Below, piece after piece: positions 42,873 through 53,987 of a stretch of DNA of 64,000 nucleotides. The notes under the pieces were generated by a model. The model was not told where the DNA came from. It ran no database searches and saw only the letters and a program-made list of their open reading frames with translations. Each line of letters starts with the position of its first letter. Within the stretch, counting starts at the first letter, position 1. A program made the position numbers and the translations under genes. This stretch comes from an uncultured bacterium (GTDB taxonomy: Bacteria > Actinomycetota > Acidimicrobiia > Spongiisociales > UBA5794): contig CAWJPT010000002.1 of assembly GCA_963844835.1 (NCBI GenBank), forward strand, positions 58,009 through 122,008, in the 5' to 3' direction.

Positions 42873-43384
42873 TCAGGTGAATATGATCTGGGCGCCGTCC
42901 GACAGCTCGATGAAGTCGGTTGCAGAGATGATGTCCTCGACCTCAGGGATCATGTCGTCCTTGGTGAGGCCCATCATGTCGACGGACATCTTGCACGCCC
43001 ACAGATGCCCGCCGGCGTCTGCGATCATCTGGACGAACTCGGGGACCTCGGGCACGTCGAGATCGGCGATCTGCTTCTTCATCATCTTGGTGGCCATGGC
43101 GGTCATGCCCGGAAGCCCGGCCATGCCCTGGGGCATGTGCATGGTCGGCCGGGGGGTGCATCGCCGTATTGCCCATCCAGGTGAACTGGAGGTTGTCCAT
43201 GTGCTTCTTGGTGATGATGTCCATGCCCCAGAACGTGAAGAAGATGTGGGTCTCGATGCCTTCGCCGAGGGCGGCGTTGGCCATCACCAGGGACGGATAC
43301 ACCATGTCGAGAGTGCCCTTGGATGCGATGAAGCAGATCTTGCGATCGCTGGCAGTCGTCTCCGAAGTCGGGAACGAATGTCAT
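42873..43384 (-). CDS. DsrE2-like (DsrE/DsrF/DrsH family) protein, frameshifted
   Basis: 'IFFTFWGMD', 'LWACKMSVDMMGL', 'GAQIIFT'. Confidence 0.85.
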
Positions 43385-43418
43385 TGCAGCTTCTCCTCTG
43401 CTCGTGGTCGTTGTGGTC

Positions 43419-43736
43419 CTAGACGCAGCCCTGCGGCTTGGGAACGCCCGCGATGTAGGCCATCTTCTTGGCCGGCTTCTTCGGGAACAGCTGGAACAGC
43501 TCCTTGGTGGGAACGCCGCCGACGTTGGAGACCCGCCGCAGCATCGGGGTCTCGCCCTGCTCCTTGTAGTCCTCACGCAGGAACTTGACGACCTGCCAGT
43601 GGGCATCGGTCATCTCGATCCCGATGTTGGACGGCAAGCTCCTTGGCGATGTCCTCGTTCCACTGGTCGGTATTCGGTCATGAAGCCTTCGTCATCGACG
43701 TCGATTTCGCTTCCGGCGATCTGTGATTGCGGGCAT
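43419..43736 (-). CDS. TusE/DsrC family sulfur relay protein, frameshifted
   Basis: 'DDEGF', 'HWQVVKFLR', 'LFP..PAKKMAYIAGVPKPQGCV' (only the terminal Cys). Confidence 0.88.
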
Positions 43737-43748
43737 TTGTTGTACCTC

Positions 43749-44482
43749 CTATGGCTTCTTGGTCTTGTTAGTGACGGGTTGTCTGGTATCGGCCTCCGCT
43801 ACCGCACCCAGGGTGTCGAGCGCACGGTTCATGCCGCGGCGCACCTCCGGGTCGCGGAGGCGTCTTGCGAGCCGGAACAGGCTCGGGGGCTTCTCGGGCT
43901 CACTCGACATCTGGGCTTGCTGACGCTGGACCGCTTCGATCATGTTGTGGAGGGCAGCCATCATCTCGGGCTGCGTCACCGACTTGACCGTCTCCAGGAT
44001 CAGCACGATGTTGTCGCCGAGTGCCTCTACGTCGTCCTCGTTGAACTCGGTGACGATCCGATCGATGACGTGCCAGCCACTCTTCACGAAGCCGAAATAG
44101 CCCTTCTGATCGAGATCGACGAGGTTGTCGGTCACGACATCCATGGCTTGCTCACTGAGTGGCATCAGATCTTTCACCAGGTCGCCGAACATCTCGAGAT
44201 AGACGAGGGCCTGGTCCAGAATGGGCGCTACCCGAATCAGGCGTCGCAGCAGGTCTGCGAAGTCGCCAAGCTGGACGTCGGCGCTGAGCTCGTCCAGCTC
44301 ACGCTCGATGACCTGGAGGAAGTCGCCTGCGATGGGCATCACATCGGACTGGAGCTCGGTCCAGACCTCACGGCGCCGTCTGGCCTGCTCCGCCTCCTGG
44401 GTGAGGAAGGCGACCTGCTCGGTCGAGGGCGTCGATCTTCGCCTCGAGCGTCGGCGGTGGCGGCAGGGGAGATGGTCGTCAT
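43749..44482 (-). CDS. DUF1641 domain protein, frameshifted near the N-terminus
   Basis: Helical protein ending 'SLFRLARRLRDPEVRRGM'; between sqr and tusE. Confidence 0.8.
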
Positions 44483-45723
44483 TGCAGGTCCTCACGGATC
44501 TTGCCTGCCATCGACATCAGCGCCGGGATAGGCATGGCCCTTCCCTCGAGGAGGACGTTCCAGTAGATCCACTTGAACATCAGCTTGCCCCAGTGGTTCG
44601 CCTCGGTCTCCTGGAGCAGCGAGAAGGGGCCGATGCCGGGGAGCGGGTACTTGCCGGGGAGCGGCTCGGTGTCGTAGTTGAAGTCGATCAGCATGCCCTT
44701 GCCGTTGCCGGACTCGATGAAGCAGTTGGCGTGCCCGTCGAACTTCGCTCGCATCGGTCTGTCCCTCGATGTAGTCGAGGAAGTTCTCGGTGAAGATGTC
44801 GATGGCGAAGTGGGCAACCGAGCCGGCCTTCGATGTCGGCAGCGCGGCCGCGTCGCCGAGAGCGAAGATGTTGTCGTGCTCGGTCGACAGGAAGTTGTGC
44901 TTGTCGACCGGGACGTGCCGGTAGTCGTCACCGAGACCGGAGCGGGCGATGTACTCGGCGCCCATGTTGACCGGGATGGTCACCAGCAGGTCGTAGTCGA
45001 CCGTGCGCTCGTCGTAGGAGACGAGCTTCCTGTTCTCGGTGTCGACCCGTTCCAGGTAGAAGTCGGGCTCCAGCTTGATCTTGCGATCGTCGAGCATGTC
45101 CCCGAGGTAGCGAGCGGCCACCGGCTTGGTGAACGCGCCCGGCAGCGGTGTCACAAATTCGAGCTGGACTGCGTCTCGCATGCCGCGCTCGTGGAAGTAC
45201 GAGTCGGCGAGGAAGATGAACTCGAGCGGTGCCACCGGGCACTTGATCGGCATCTCGATGATGTTGAGTACGAGCTTGCCGCCCTCCCAGGTCTCCAGCT
45301 TGGCCTTCGAGTGCCTCGGCACCGTCGATCGTGTAGAAGTCGAATACCGACTTGCGCCACTCATCGTCACCGAGCCCCGGTGTCTCCGAAGGTGTCGGAT
45401 GGGTGCCTGTGGCGATGACGAGGTAGTCATAGGAGAGCTCGGTCCCGTCGGCCAGCTTGACCTGGTTCTTCTCGGGCTCGACAAGATCGATCTCGCCCAT
45501 CAGCAGCTCGACGCCGTGCGGGATGAACCTGCGCTTCGGCTTTTCCAGTTCCTCGCGCTTGTAGCCACCGAAGGGGAGGAACAGGAACCCGGGTTGGTAG
45601 TAGTGAGTCTCGTTCTGGTCGACCAGGGTGATCTTCCAGTCCCGCTCGTCGAGTATCGGGGCGGAGCTTGTTGGCCACCATGGTGCCTGCGGTCCCGGCT
45701 CCCAGGACTAGCAATCGCTTCAC
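44479..45723 (-). CDS. sqr: Sulfide:quinone oxidoreductase-like FAD-dependent oxidoreductase, frameshifted
   Basis: 'VLGAGTAG', 'YQPG', 'PIKCPVAPLEF', 'FDGHANCFIE', 'NHWGK..FKWIYW'. Confidence 0.8.
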
Positions 45724-45742
45724 TGTCTTTCTCCTTGCGTTT

Positions 45743-46512
45743 CTAAGAGGCTGCTCCGGCGAGAGCAGCAATCGAGTCGAGCTTCTTGACGAGTTTCCCG
45801 TGGCCGTCTGCGAGCAGTGAGATGAGATCGCTGACGCGGGAGAGGTTCCTGACGATCCAGTCCTGGTGGGCCTTGTCGATCCAGTAGACCTCGTTGATGT
45901 GCGCCTCGATCGTCTCGATCGGGGTACCGGTCTCGGTGGCAACCGCCTCGATCTCGCTCGCCGAAGGCGGCCATGCTCCGGGGCGACGCCGCCGACGATG
46001 ACCATGCCGGCCAGTGTCGCGCCGATCCGGATGAACGAACGTGCGCAGAGGAACCCGAGATGGCTGGGCAGGAAGTGCGGCTCGAGGTCGATCTCCTCGC
46101 CGAGCTTGCGCCAGCCTGCCGAGCATCGATCCGGGGTGTACACCGCATTGAACACGGCATTGAAGTAGCCGCACGGGTTGGAGACGGTGGTGAGTGCATG
46201 GCCGGACATGTCGGTGACAACGGCCATGACCCCGAAGAGGTCGGCGGCAAGATCGGCGACTGCCTGCGCCGTGTCAGGGGGGAGTACCCGCTCGAGCACC
46301 GCGGCCCGCTCGGCGAGTTCGATCCGAGCTGGGGACCGGTGGTGCCGAATTGGCCTCGGCGCCCGAGCAGATTGGTGACCTGATCGGACGGGAAAACGCC
46401 ATTGTCTGCCGACCTTGACGGCAGGGAGGCGTCCGTCTTCGGCCATGCGATAGATCGTGGACCTATCGACCTGGAAGAGCTCTTGGACTTGTTTCGTGGT
46501 GAGCAGTGTCAT
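45743..46512 (-). CDS. Excisionase-type HTH plus PocR ligand-binding domain regulator, frameshifted
   Basis: 'LTTKQVQELFQVDRSTIYRM..GRLPAVKVGRQWRF'; PocR-like 'SNPCGYF', 'SHLGF', 'IVGG'. Confidence 0.8.
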
Positions 46513-46692
46513 TGTGCCGCCGATGCATCTGATGCATATCTATGAGTACTCTGCAGCTATGCCCACTCATGCAGATGCAAATAGGGTCAGAAGTCCCTTC
46601 TGAGCTGGGAATCAGAGCGAAACGGTCACCGTATCCGTTCTTGCGGGAACATGTCCGAAATGCCATACGGGTTCCAGCTGCGAACAGGATTG

Positions 46693-47084
46693 GCTATCGG
46701 TCTCGAGGCTCTGCTTGTGCCAGCGGGCGAGGACGCCGCCGGCGGAGCCGAGCACCGCGGCCACGACAGTGAGCGTGATGAGACCAATGCGGCGACCCCG
46801 CCGTTTGTGATTGAGATCAGGCCGGAGATGAGGGCTCCGAGCAGGGCGGCAAGGCCACCGTGTACCTCGGGCGCGTCCGATAGCCTGCCCCCGACATAGC
46901 CGGCGACCACCAGTGACAGGAACTGGATGAAGAGCAGGATGATGTCACCGCGCCCTGGTGCGATCAACCCGGTGACTCCGAGGAAGATGAAGGCGAGCAG
47001 CGCAACGACCAGACCGGCCATGGCCCCGATAGCGACGGCACCCCACCGAATTGCCGGCCACGGGGACGGATCATGCACCGGCAT
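46693..47084 (-). CDS. Small multi-TM membrane protein; 3' end approximate
   Basis: 'IRWGAVAIGA', 'VAGYVGGRLS...HGGLAAL'. Confidence 0.6.
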
Positions 47085-47090
47085 GGCCGG

Positions 47091-47559
47091 TCAGGCGCTC
47101 TCGAGGTGTTCCTCGAGGCCGGCGATCCATCCGAACGGCAGGCTCCAGTGCTTCGAGCCATCCACCATCAACCGGAGATACTCCGCCGACGGGCGACTCG
47201 ACCCGTTGCCGTTGGTCGATGCCTCGCCGTCGAGGAGATGCACTAGTACTTGATGCCGTCTTCCGTTGCGGTCCATCGCCTCGACCGTCTGCGCCGTTCT
47301 CTGCTCGGCGGCCTCGACCTCGTTGAGGCTGAGCAGGTCGTTGTCGGAGATCTCGTATACGGCTCCCCAGACCGTTGATCCGACTTCAGGCTTGACTGCA
47401 GGAAGAGCACCGCCCCAGGAGTCGTTTGCGATCGGGAATTCGAGGCCCCATTCCGGCAGATGCGCAATGAACTGGAACTGGGCGTGGGGTGCGACCTCGG
47501 TCATCTCTTCCGGCGAGATCCGTGCGTTGTATGCGAAGTAAAGCAGGGGCTTCTCCCAC
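47091..47559 (-). CDS. Gamma-glutamylcyclotransferase-like protein
   Basis: 'LYFAY', 'VWGAVYEI', 'PSAEYLRLMVDG'. Confidence 0.75.
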
Positions 47560-47717
47560 CTTGCGTGTCCTTGTTTAGAAGCCGGATTGTAGTGCCGACG
47601 TCATCACGCTGTTGCTGCGGCCACGAGGGCTCGGGAACCAAATGTGATCGAGAAAACGTCTTAACGGGTGTGCTGCCGAGATCCGGTGGCACCGCACCTC
47701 GTGGAGGTGGCCCGAAC

Positions 47718-47990
47718 ATGAATGACATTTTTGATGAGATGCGTTCGGCACTGACCGTTCCGATAACCGACGAGCGGCCCTGGGCAGCATTTGCTGCGTG
47801 CCGTGATCGTGACCCCGAGTTGTTCTTCTCCGTCACCCCGGAAGGAGAGGCAGAAGCCATCCGCATTTGCAGCGGATGCGCGGTGAGCATCGACTGTCTC
47901 GAGTTTGCGCTGGAGGCACGTATCCGCTTCGGGGTATGGGGCGGCATGACCGAGAAACAACGACGTAATCTCACCCGGCGTATCGCTTAA
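47718..47990 (+). CDS. WhiB family Fe-S transcriptional regulator
   Basis: 'AACR..DPELFF', 'CSGCAV..DCLEFAL', 'FGVWGG'. Confidence 0.92.
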   Translation: MNDIFDEMRSALTVPITDERPWAAFAACRDRDPELFFSVTPEGEAEAIRICSGCAVSIDCLEFALEARIRFGVWGGMTEKQRRNLTRRIA

Positions 47991-48114
47991 GAGAGCGGCG
48001 TTCAATCACGGCGAATGCCTCGCCTTCGGTGAGGTGTGAGCGCGTGTGTTCAGCACACTCCCGGTACCGAACGCCGACTTCGTGAGCAGCCCTGCCTGGT
48101 GCTAGCGTCGCGGC

Positions 48115-49138
48115 ATGGCACCTATCACCTGGCCGGACGTCTTTGAGGACCTGCTCGAAGGCAGGGACCTCTCGCAAGCGCGCTCGAGGGAAGTCATGGC
48201 CTCGATCATGGCGGGCGAGGCCACCGAGGCGCAGATCGCCGCCTTCCTGACGATGCTGCGAAGCAAGGGAGAGACCTCCGCGGAGATGACCGGGTTTGTC
48301 GAGGCGATGCGTGCCGCGGCGCGGACTGTGACGGTGGCTGCCCCAGTTGTCGATCTCGTCGGGACCGGTGGCGATCGGTCCGGGACATTCAACATCTCGA
48401 CGACGGCGGCCTTCATCGCTGCCGGCGCCGGGGTGAAGATTGCCAAGCATGGCAACAGGGCTGCGTCATCGAAGACGGGATCAGCAGACCTGCTCGAAGC
48501 GCTTGGCATCGATCTCGAGATGGCTCCGGAGCGGACCGTCGCCATGATCGATGAGGTGGGATTCGGGTTCTTCTTCGCCCCGCACTATCACCCGGCGATG
48601 CGACACGCAGGACCGGTGCGGCGACAGCTTGGTTTCCGTACCGTGTTCAATTTTCTTGGTCCTCTCTGTAACCCTGCAGGAGCGAAGCATTACGCCCTCG
48701 GTGTCTCCGAGGCGCGGATGGCGCGGCTGATGATCGAGGTGCTCGCCAATCTCGGTGCCGAGTCGGCATTTGTGTTCTACGGTGAGGACGGGCTCGATGA
48801 GCTGACGACGACTGGGCCTTCCTTCATCTACAGGCTCAAGGGCGGTGAGATCACCCACGCAGAGTTCACCCCTGAGGACTTCCGGGTGCCACGAGCCCAG
48901 CTCGCCGACCTACTGGGTGGTGACGCGGCCGAGAACGTGTCGATCACACGCCACATTCTCGATGGGGCGCACGGGGCCGAAACGTGACATCGCCCTCGTC
49001 AACGCCGCCCCTGCGATCGTTTCGGCTGGCCTCGCTGAAGGTTTTGTCGAGGCAATGTCCGTAGCCGAGGACTCGGTCGACACCGGGAAGGCCGCCAGTG
49101 TGTTGGAGGCTGCGATCGCATTCTCGTCGAGAGGGTGA
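48115..49138 (+). CDS. trpD: Anthranilate phosphoribosyltransferase, frameshift near 48975
   Basis: 'GTGGD', 'FNIST', 'KHGNR', 'DGLDE'. Confidence 0.93.
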
Positions 49139-50859
49139 GTCCGTTGGATGGCACTAGACCATGGCAAGCGTTCTACCAGCAGGGTGTCCCTGCCGAGGTG
49201 GACTGGCCGGACGGCCCGCTCGACAGCCTCCTGCGTAGGTCTGCAAGCCAGTTCGCAGACAAGAGTGCGCTCGTCTTCTTCGACCATGAGATCACCTATG
49301 CAGAGCTCGACCGCCTCGTGGACAGCCTGGCGGCGGGTCTCCAAGACCTCGGTCTGCGCAAGGGAGATCGAGTATCGCTCTACATGCCCAACTGTCCTCA
49401 GGCAGTCATCGCCTACGAGGCTGTGTGGCGTTGCGGGGGAGTCGCCGTCCCGTCCAATCCCCTCTACACCTCTGCCGAATTCGCACATCAGGCCCGCGAC
49501 GCAGGGAGCCGCTTCGCCATCGTCATTTCGATGAACTACGAGAGGGTGAAGGCTGCCAGGGACAACACCCCGCTCGAACACGTGATTGTCACGAACATCA
49601 AGGAGTACTTCAAGGGCCCCTTGAAACTCCTGTTCACGCTGCTTCGCGAGAAGAAGGACGGCCATCGTGTCGATATCGGTGCCGATGCCGATACCCACGA
49701 GTGGTCGGACGTGCTTGCCGACCACGAGCCTGCCGAGGTCGTGGTGACGGCAGACGACCTCGCCGTGCTGATGTACACCGGAGGAACGACGGGGGTGCCC
49801 AAGGGGGCGATGTTGACTCATCGCAACATGATGGCGAACGCCCACCAGGTCAGGGCGTGGAGCCCGGAGGCGGTTGCCGGGGCCGAGGTGATGATGACGG
49901 CGTTGCCGCTCACGCACAGCTACTCGGTGACGGTTTCGATGAACCACTCGATGGCTGCCGGCTACAAGCAGATATTGGTTCCCGATGCCCGCGATCTCGG
50001 TGCGTTGCTCAAGGTCATCGATACACACAAGCCGACCTACTTCCCCGGTGTTCCCACTCTGTACTCGGCGATCGCCCGTCACCGGCACGTCAAGAGCGGC
50101 AAGTACGACGTGTCATCGATCAGGTGGTGTCTCTCCGGGGCGGCGGCGCTTCCCCCCGAGGTGAAGCGCAACTTCGAGGAGCTCAGCGGCGGCTTTCTTG
50201 TTGAGGGATACGGTTTGAGCGAGGCTTCACCAGTTACCCACGCGGTGCCGCTGGATGGCTCGGGGCGCGCTGGCTCGATCGGCTTTCCGATCTCGAGCAC
50301 AGACTGCAGGATCGTCGACGAGGACACCGAGACAGAGGTGATGGGCATCGGCGAGCGCGGTGTTCTCTGTGTGAGCGGTCCCCAGGTGATGCAGGGTTAC
50401 TGGAACATGCCGGAAGCAACGGCAGATGTGTTGCGCACCGATGAGCAAGGAACGGTGTGGCTGCACACGGGGGATATCGCGGTCATGGACGAGGATGGCC
50501 GCGTCGCCATCGTGGATCGCAAGAAAGACATGATCCTCGCCGCAGGCGGTTTCAACGTGTATCCCCGTGAGGTAGAGGATGCGCTCTTCGAGCATCCAGA
50601 CGTTGTAGATGTCGGCGTCATCGGCGTTCCGGTAGGCAGCCCAGACCAGAGAGTGAAGGCGTTTGTCGTTCTCGAAGATGGGAAGACGGTCGGCGAATCT
50701 GATCTGATCGAATTCTGTCGGGATCGGCTTGCCCGGTACAAGGTGCCCCGTACCATCGAGTTTCGTGATGAGCTTCCGAAGACGTTCGTCGGCAAGGTGC
50801 TACGTCGGGAGCTCATGCAAGAAGAGGTCGAGAGGCAGGCAGCGGGCGACACCGTGTGA
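49135..50859 (+). CDS. Long-chain fatty acid-CoA ligase
   Basis: 'YTGGTTGVPKG', 'EGYGLSE', 'HTGDIA', 'LPKTFVGK'. Confidence 0.92.
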   Translation: MSPLDGTRPWQAFYQQGVPAEVDWPDGPLDSLLRRSASQFADKSALVFFDHEITYAELDRLVDSLAAGLQDLGLRKGDRVSLYMPNCPQAVIAYEAVWRCGGVAVPSNPLYTSAEFAHQARDAGSRFAIVISMNYERVKAARDNTPLEHVIVTNIKEYFKGPLKLLFTLLREKKDGHRVDIGADADTHEWSDVLADHEPAEVVVTADDLAVLMYTGGTTGVPKGAMLTHRNMMANAHQVRAWSPEAVAGAEVMMTALPLTHSYSVTVSMNHSMAAGYKQILVPDARDLGALLKVIDTHKPTYFPGVPTLYSAIARHRHVKSGKYDVSSIRWCLSGAAALPPEVKRNFEELSGGFLVEGYGLSEASPVTHAVPLDGSGRAGSIGFPISSTDCRIVDEDTETEVMGIGERGVLCVSGPQVMQGYWNMPEATADVLRTDEQGTVWLHTGDIAVMDEDGRVAIVDRKKDMILAAGGFNVYPREVEDALFEHPDVVDVGVIGVPVGSPDQRVKAFVVLEDGKTVGESDLIEFCRDRLARYKVPRTIEFRDELPKTFVGKVLRRELMQEEVERQAAGDTV

Positions 50860-50941
50860 CGTGATCAGCTAGTTGTGAACGTCCGGTGAAATATGCCCGG
50901 ACGCCCTGCTATTCGAGGACGCTCGCCGGTACTGTCGCCCC

Positions 50942-51484
50942 ATGCGCAGACTGCTCGGGCTCATCGTCATGGCACTCCTCATCACCTCGTGTGGTGACGC
51001 CGGTGCGGAATCGGTGACGACGGCGTCGACGCTTGCAGACACAACGACGCAACCTGCGCCGACGAGCACAACCATCGACGATTTGGGCCCGGCAGCGCCT
51101 GATTTTACGCTCGAGCTCGCCGACGGTTCTACCTTCACACTCTCAGAGGCGCAGCACCCGGTATACCTGGTGTTCTGGGCTGAGTGGTGACCGGTCTGCC
51201 AACGGGAGCTTCCCGTTGTCGACGCAGTTGCGGCGGATTACCAGGACAGCATCACCTTTGTTGCGGTTGCGGGCCGTGCCGGCATCGAGGCGACTCGGGA
51301 ACGTGCCCCGACACTGTTCTCCGACAATCTCTTGTGGGGTCTCGACGAGTCCATCTGGGACCTGTACGGCATCGTGGGCCAGCCGGCGACGGTGCTGATC
51401 AAGGACGGTGTGATTATCGACCGCTGGTACGGGGCAGTCGGCGAGGCGGAGTTGCGAGTGCGGCTAGATGGACTAGCGGGATAG
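50942..51484 (+). CDS. TlpA/redoxin-like lipoprotein, probable selenoprotein (UPVC motif)
   Basis: Lipobox 'LITSC', 'APDFTL', 'FWAEW-TGA-PVC'; the same frame stays open after TGA (51188-51190) through 'LYGIVGQPATVLI' to TAG at 51482-51484. Confidence 0.82.
51200..51218 (+). promoter_or_regulatory. Candidate bacterial SECIS hairpin
   Basis: CAACGGGA-gct-TCCCGTTG, beginning 10 nt after the in-frame TGA. Confidence 0.55.
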
Positions 51485-51493
51485 AGCAAAGTG

Positions 51494-51523
51494 GAGGGCC
51501 GGGCCACATCAGACCCGGCCCTC
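51494..51523. terminator. Hairpin between convergent genes
   Basis: GAGGGCCGGG...CCCGGCCCTC. Confidence 0.6.
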
Positions 51524-51525
51524 AT

Positions 51526-52520
51526 CTACGGTTTGTCGTCGGCTGCTACGAGTCCAAGGCAGCCTTTATCTCCGGGAGCCGAGCCGCAATGTCCGGGTCG
51601 ACCGCCGCAAGATTGTCGGCGATCTGACCCAATGTGATGATTGGCGGCATGATGATGATGAACGGGCCATTGCCACTGCCTGATATCTGGATGGAACTCG
51701 GCAACAAGAGTTCCCTGATCAAAGGTGGCGTTGGCGAGAAGAACCGCTACGTCGAGATTGATCGTGTAGGTCGTCCCACCTGCGGCATAGAATCCCGCGG
51801 TCGTCGAACAGCTTCTGATGTCGCTGTCCACAACACTGTTGGACATCTGCGATCCATCGAGGATGTCCGCGCCGGGGTTGCCGTCAATGTCGTCGACGGA
51901 GACCTCGCAGAACGAGGCTCCTACGGTGGCGTTTCCAATGATCCCCGTCGTGCCGTTCACTGTTATCCATCCGTTGATCGGTGCCGTCATCTCCACCGTC
52001 ATCAGCGTGTCAACCGCGACGAGACCGGACGATAGCGTGATGCCGTCACCGCTCTCGTCAATGGTGTATGCCATCCGAGTCAACTCATTGGCGTCGTAGT
52101 TGTCGACGGTATCGGCGTTGGTCGCACTGTCGGCATCGGTTGCATGGTCGGCTTCGGTAGCATGGTCGGCTTCGGCAGGGGTCCCGTCCTCTGCGTCGAT
52201 GTATTGGGCAAATCGCTGCATGAACGCAGCCATCTGGCCCCGAGTCACGTTGTCAGTCGGGCAGAACAGTGTGTTGTCGGGAGGATTACAGCCCTTGGTG
52301 ACGCCGGCACGACGCCAACCACTCAATGTTTGACTCGAAGATCGAGTCGTCGTCGTCGGTGAATGTGCCGCCGGCCGCGATAACGGCAACGGGAGCGACA
52401 GGCTACAACCAGTGCGAGAACCAGGGCAGATGTCAAAGACTGCGGTGATTACGGCAATGACCAAGAGTCTCAATCTTGAAATGGCCGGCCGCGAGTGCTT
52501 CGTGCGCTTTATCCAAAAGA
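51526..52520 (-). CDS. S-layer homology (SLH) domain secreted protein, frameshifted
   Basis: 'FTDDDDSIFESNIEWLA' plus 'GVTKGCNPPDNTLFCPTDNVTRGQMAAF'; 'ADHATEADHATDADSATNAD' 6-residue repeats. Confidence 0.75.
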
Positions 52521-52537
52521 TGGGATCTCCTTCCCAG

Positions 52538-53494
52538 TCAGCTCGAACTACGAGGATGCGAGATTGAAACATGTTTGAACAGACGTCCCTGATGAGAGCA
52601 CGATCGGAACGGCGTGATACGCCTTTCGAGAGAATCGCAGACATTTCCGATCCATCCCCACATCCTGCAGCCCAACCTAATCACTATTGCTGGCACTTGG
52701 GTGGATGCTCTGCGTGTTTTCTGTAGGAAACGATCGCCAATCGTCGGCAAGGGGGTCGAACCAGGAGAGCTCAGCTGCCGGGAGGGGTCGGTGTCGTCTC
52801 TGGTTTCGTAGCCTGATCCGGCGTGAACCGACCAAATGATCAGGGCAATACCGAGTGCCATCCCGACCAGATACCATTCCACCGGTCCGCCACCAAGTGT
52901 CGGGCGGAGCGGCTCGGTCACGAGCCGTACGAGTGCCGCATAAGCCAGCGCTGACCCGGCAGCGACACCCGGTTTCAGCAGGCTCCTGGAGCGCAGCACG
53001 GCCAACACGATCGCACCGGCAAGCAGGGCGAGGGCTGCGTAGATCTCAACGGGATGCCGGGTGATATCGCTGCCGCTCTGCGCAAACGCCCAGGGGAGAT
53101 CGCTGGGAGTGCCTAGGCAGGTGCCCCGCACCAGGCATCCGCCGTGCCATCCGGCAAGGCCGGCGAGCGCGGCAGGCGCCAAACCGTCGACCACCGCAAA
53201 GAGCTCGGAGCGGCCCAGCCACGCCACGGTCGCCAGGGCCGCTAGCGCTGCGGGGCCCGTGGCGACACCACCGCGGACGATGAGGATGTCGAAGGGGTGC
53301 GTGATCGGGTTGACCCCGGCGCCGATCATGGCGGTGAGCCGGCCGACGACGAGGCCGGCCATCGCCGCGGTGAGCCCGATATCCCACAAGTCGCGGGTGC
53401 ATGACGCGGCGTTGCCCCGTCTCGCCTCCCAGTACAGAACGAGATAGAAGGGGACGATGCCCATAGCTACCGCTCCGACGAGGGTGAATTCCAT
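52538..53494 (-). CDS. Prolipoprotein diacylglyceryl transferase-like protein; C-terminal extension uncertain
   Basis: 'GCLVRGTCLGTPSDLPWA', 'RHPVEIY', 'RLVTEPLR'. Confidence 0.75.
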   Translation of the reverse strand: MEFTLVGAVAMGIVPFYLVLYWEARRGNAASCTRDLWDIGLTAAMAGLVVGRLTAMIGAGVNPITHPFDILIVRGGVATGPAALAALATVAWLGRSELFAVVDGLAPAALAGLAGWHGGCLVRGTCLGTPSDLPWAFAQSGSDITRHPVEIYAALALLAGAIVLAVLRSRSLLKPGVAAGSALAYAALVRLVTEPLRPTLGGGPVEWYLVGMALGIALIIWSVHAGSGYETRDDTDPSRQLSSPGSTPLPTIGDRFLQKTRRASTQVPAIVIRLGCRMWGWIGNVCDSLERRITPFRSCSHQGRLFKHVSISHPRSSS

Positions 53495-53980
53495 CAGCGG
53501 GAGCTGATTTCGTCGATCTGCAGAGCCAGAGTGCGCTCGTCGATGACACCTGCGTGGAGGTTGACCAGTTCACCGCCTGGGGCGAAGAAGAACGTCATCG
53601 GGACGCCTCGTGTGCCACCGAGCGCAACAGGAACATCACCGCCGGCGTCGAAGAGGTAATCGATGGGGGCGTCTCCGAAGAACTCGGCGATGAAGCCCCT
53701 AGCCCCGTCTTGATCGTCCTGGACGTTGAGGGCGATGAACCGAACGCCGTCGCTGGCCCGGGCCGCCTGGTTGAGCAGAGGAGCTTCGGACCGGCACGGA
53801 ACACACCACGAAGCCCACACGTTGACCACGACCGGCTGAGTCGAATCGGCCAACAGCGTCTCCAATTGCTCAGCTGTTGTAGTCGGAAGCTCGGGCACGG
53901 CCGAGATGTCTACCTGGCTGCCGCCGCATGCGGCCAGGGACAGCATCAGGACCGCAATCGGGGAGGATACGACGCATCAT
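53494..53980 (-). CDS. TlpA family disulfide reductase lipoprotein
   Basis: Lipobox 'LAAC', 'VNVWASWCVPCRSEAP', 'GVPMTFF'. Confidence 0.85.
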
Positions 53981-53987
53981 TCCTTGG

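Noticed and set aside
47641-47660. CRP-like site upstream of whiB (TGTGA-N6-AAACG)
   Set aside because: Only one half-site matches; too weak to support
52100-52180. 18-bp tandem repeats as a DNA-level element
   Set aside because: They encode the A(D/E)xA(T)-type peptide repeats in the stalk of the SLH protein
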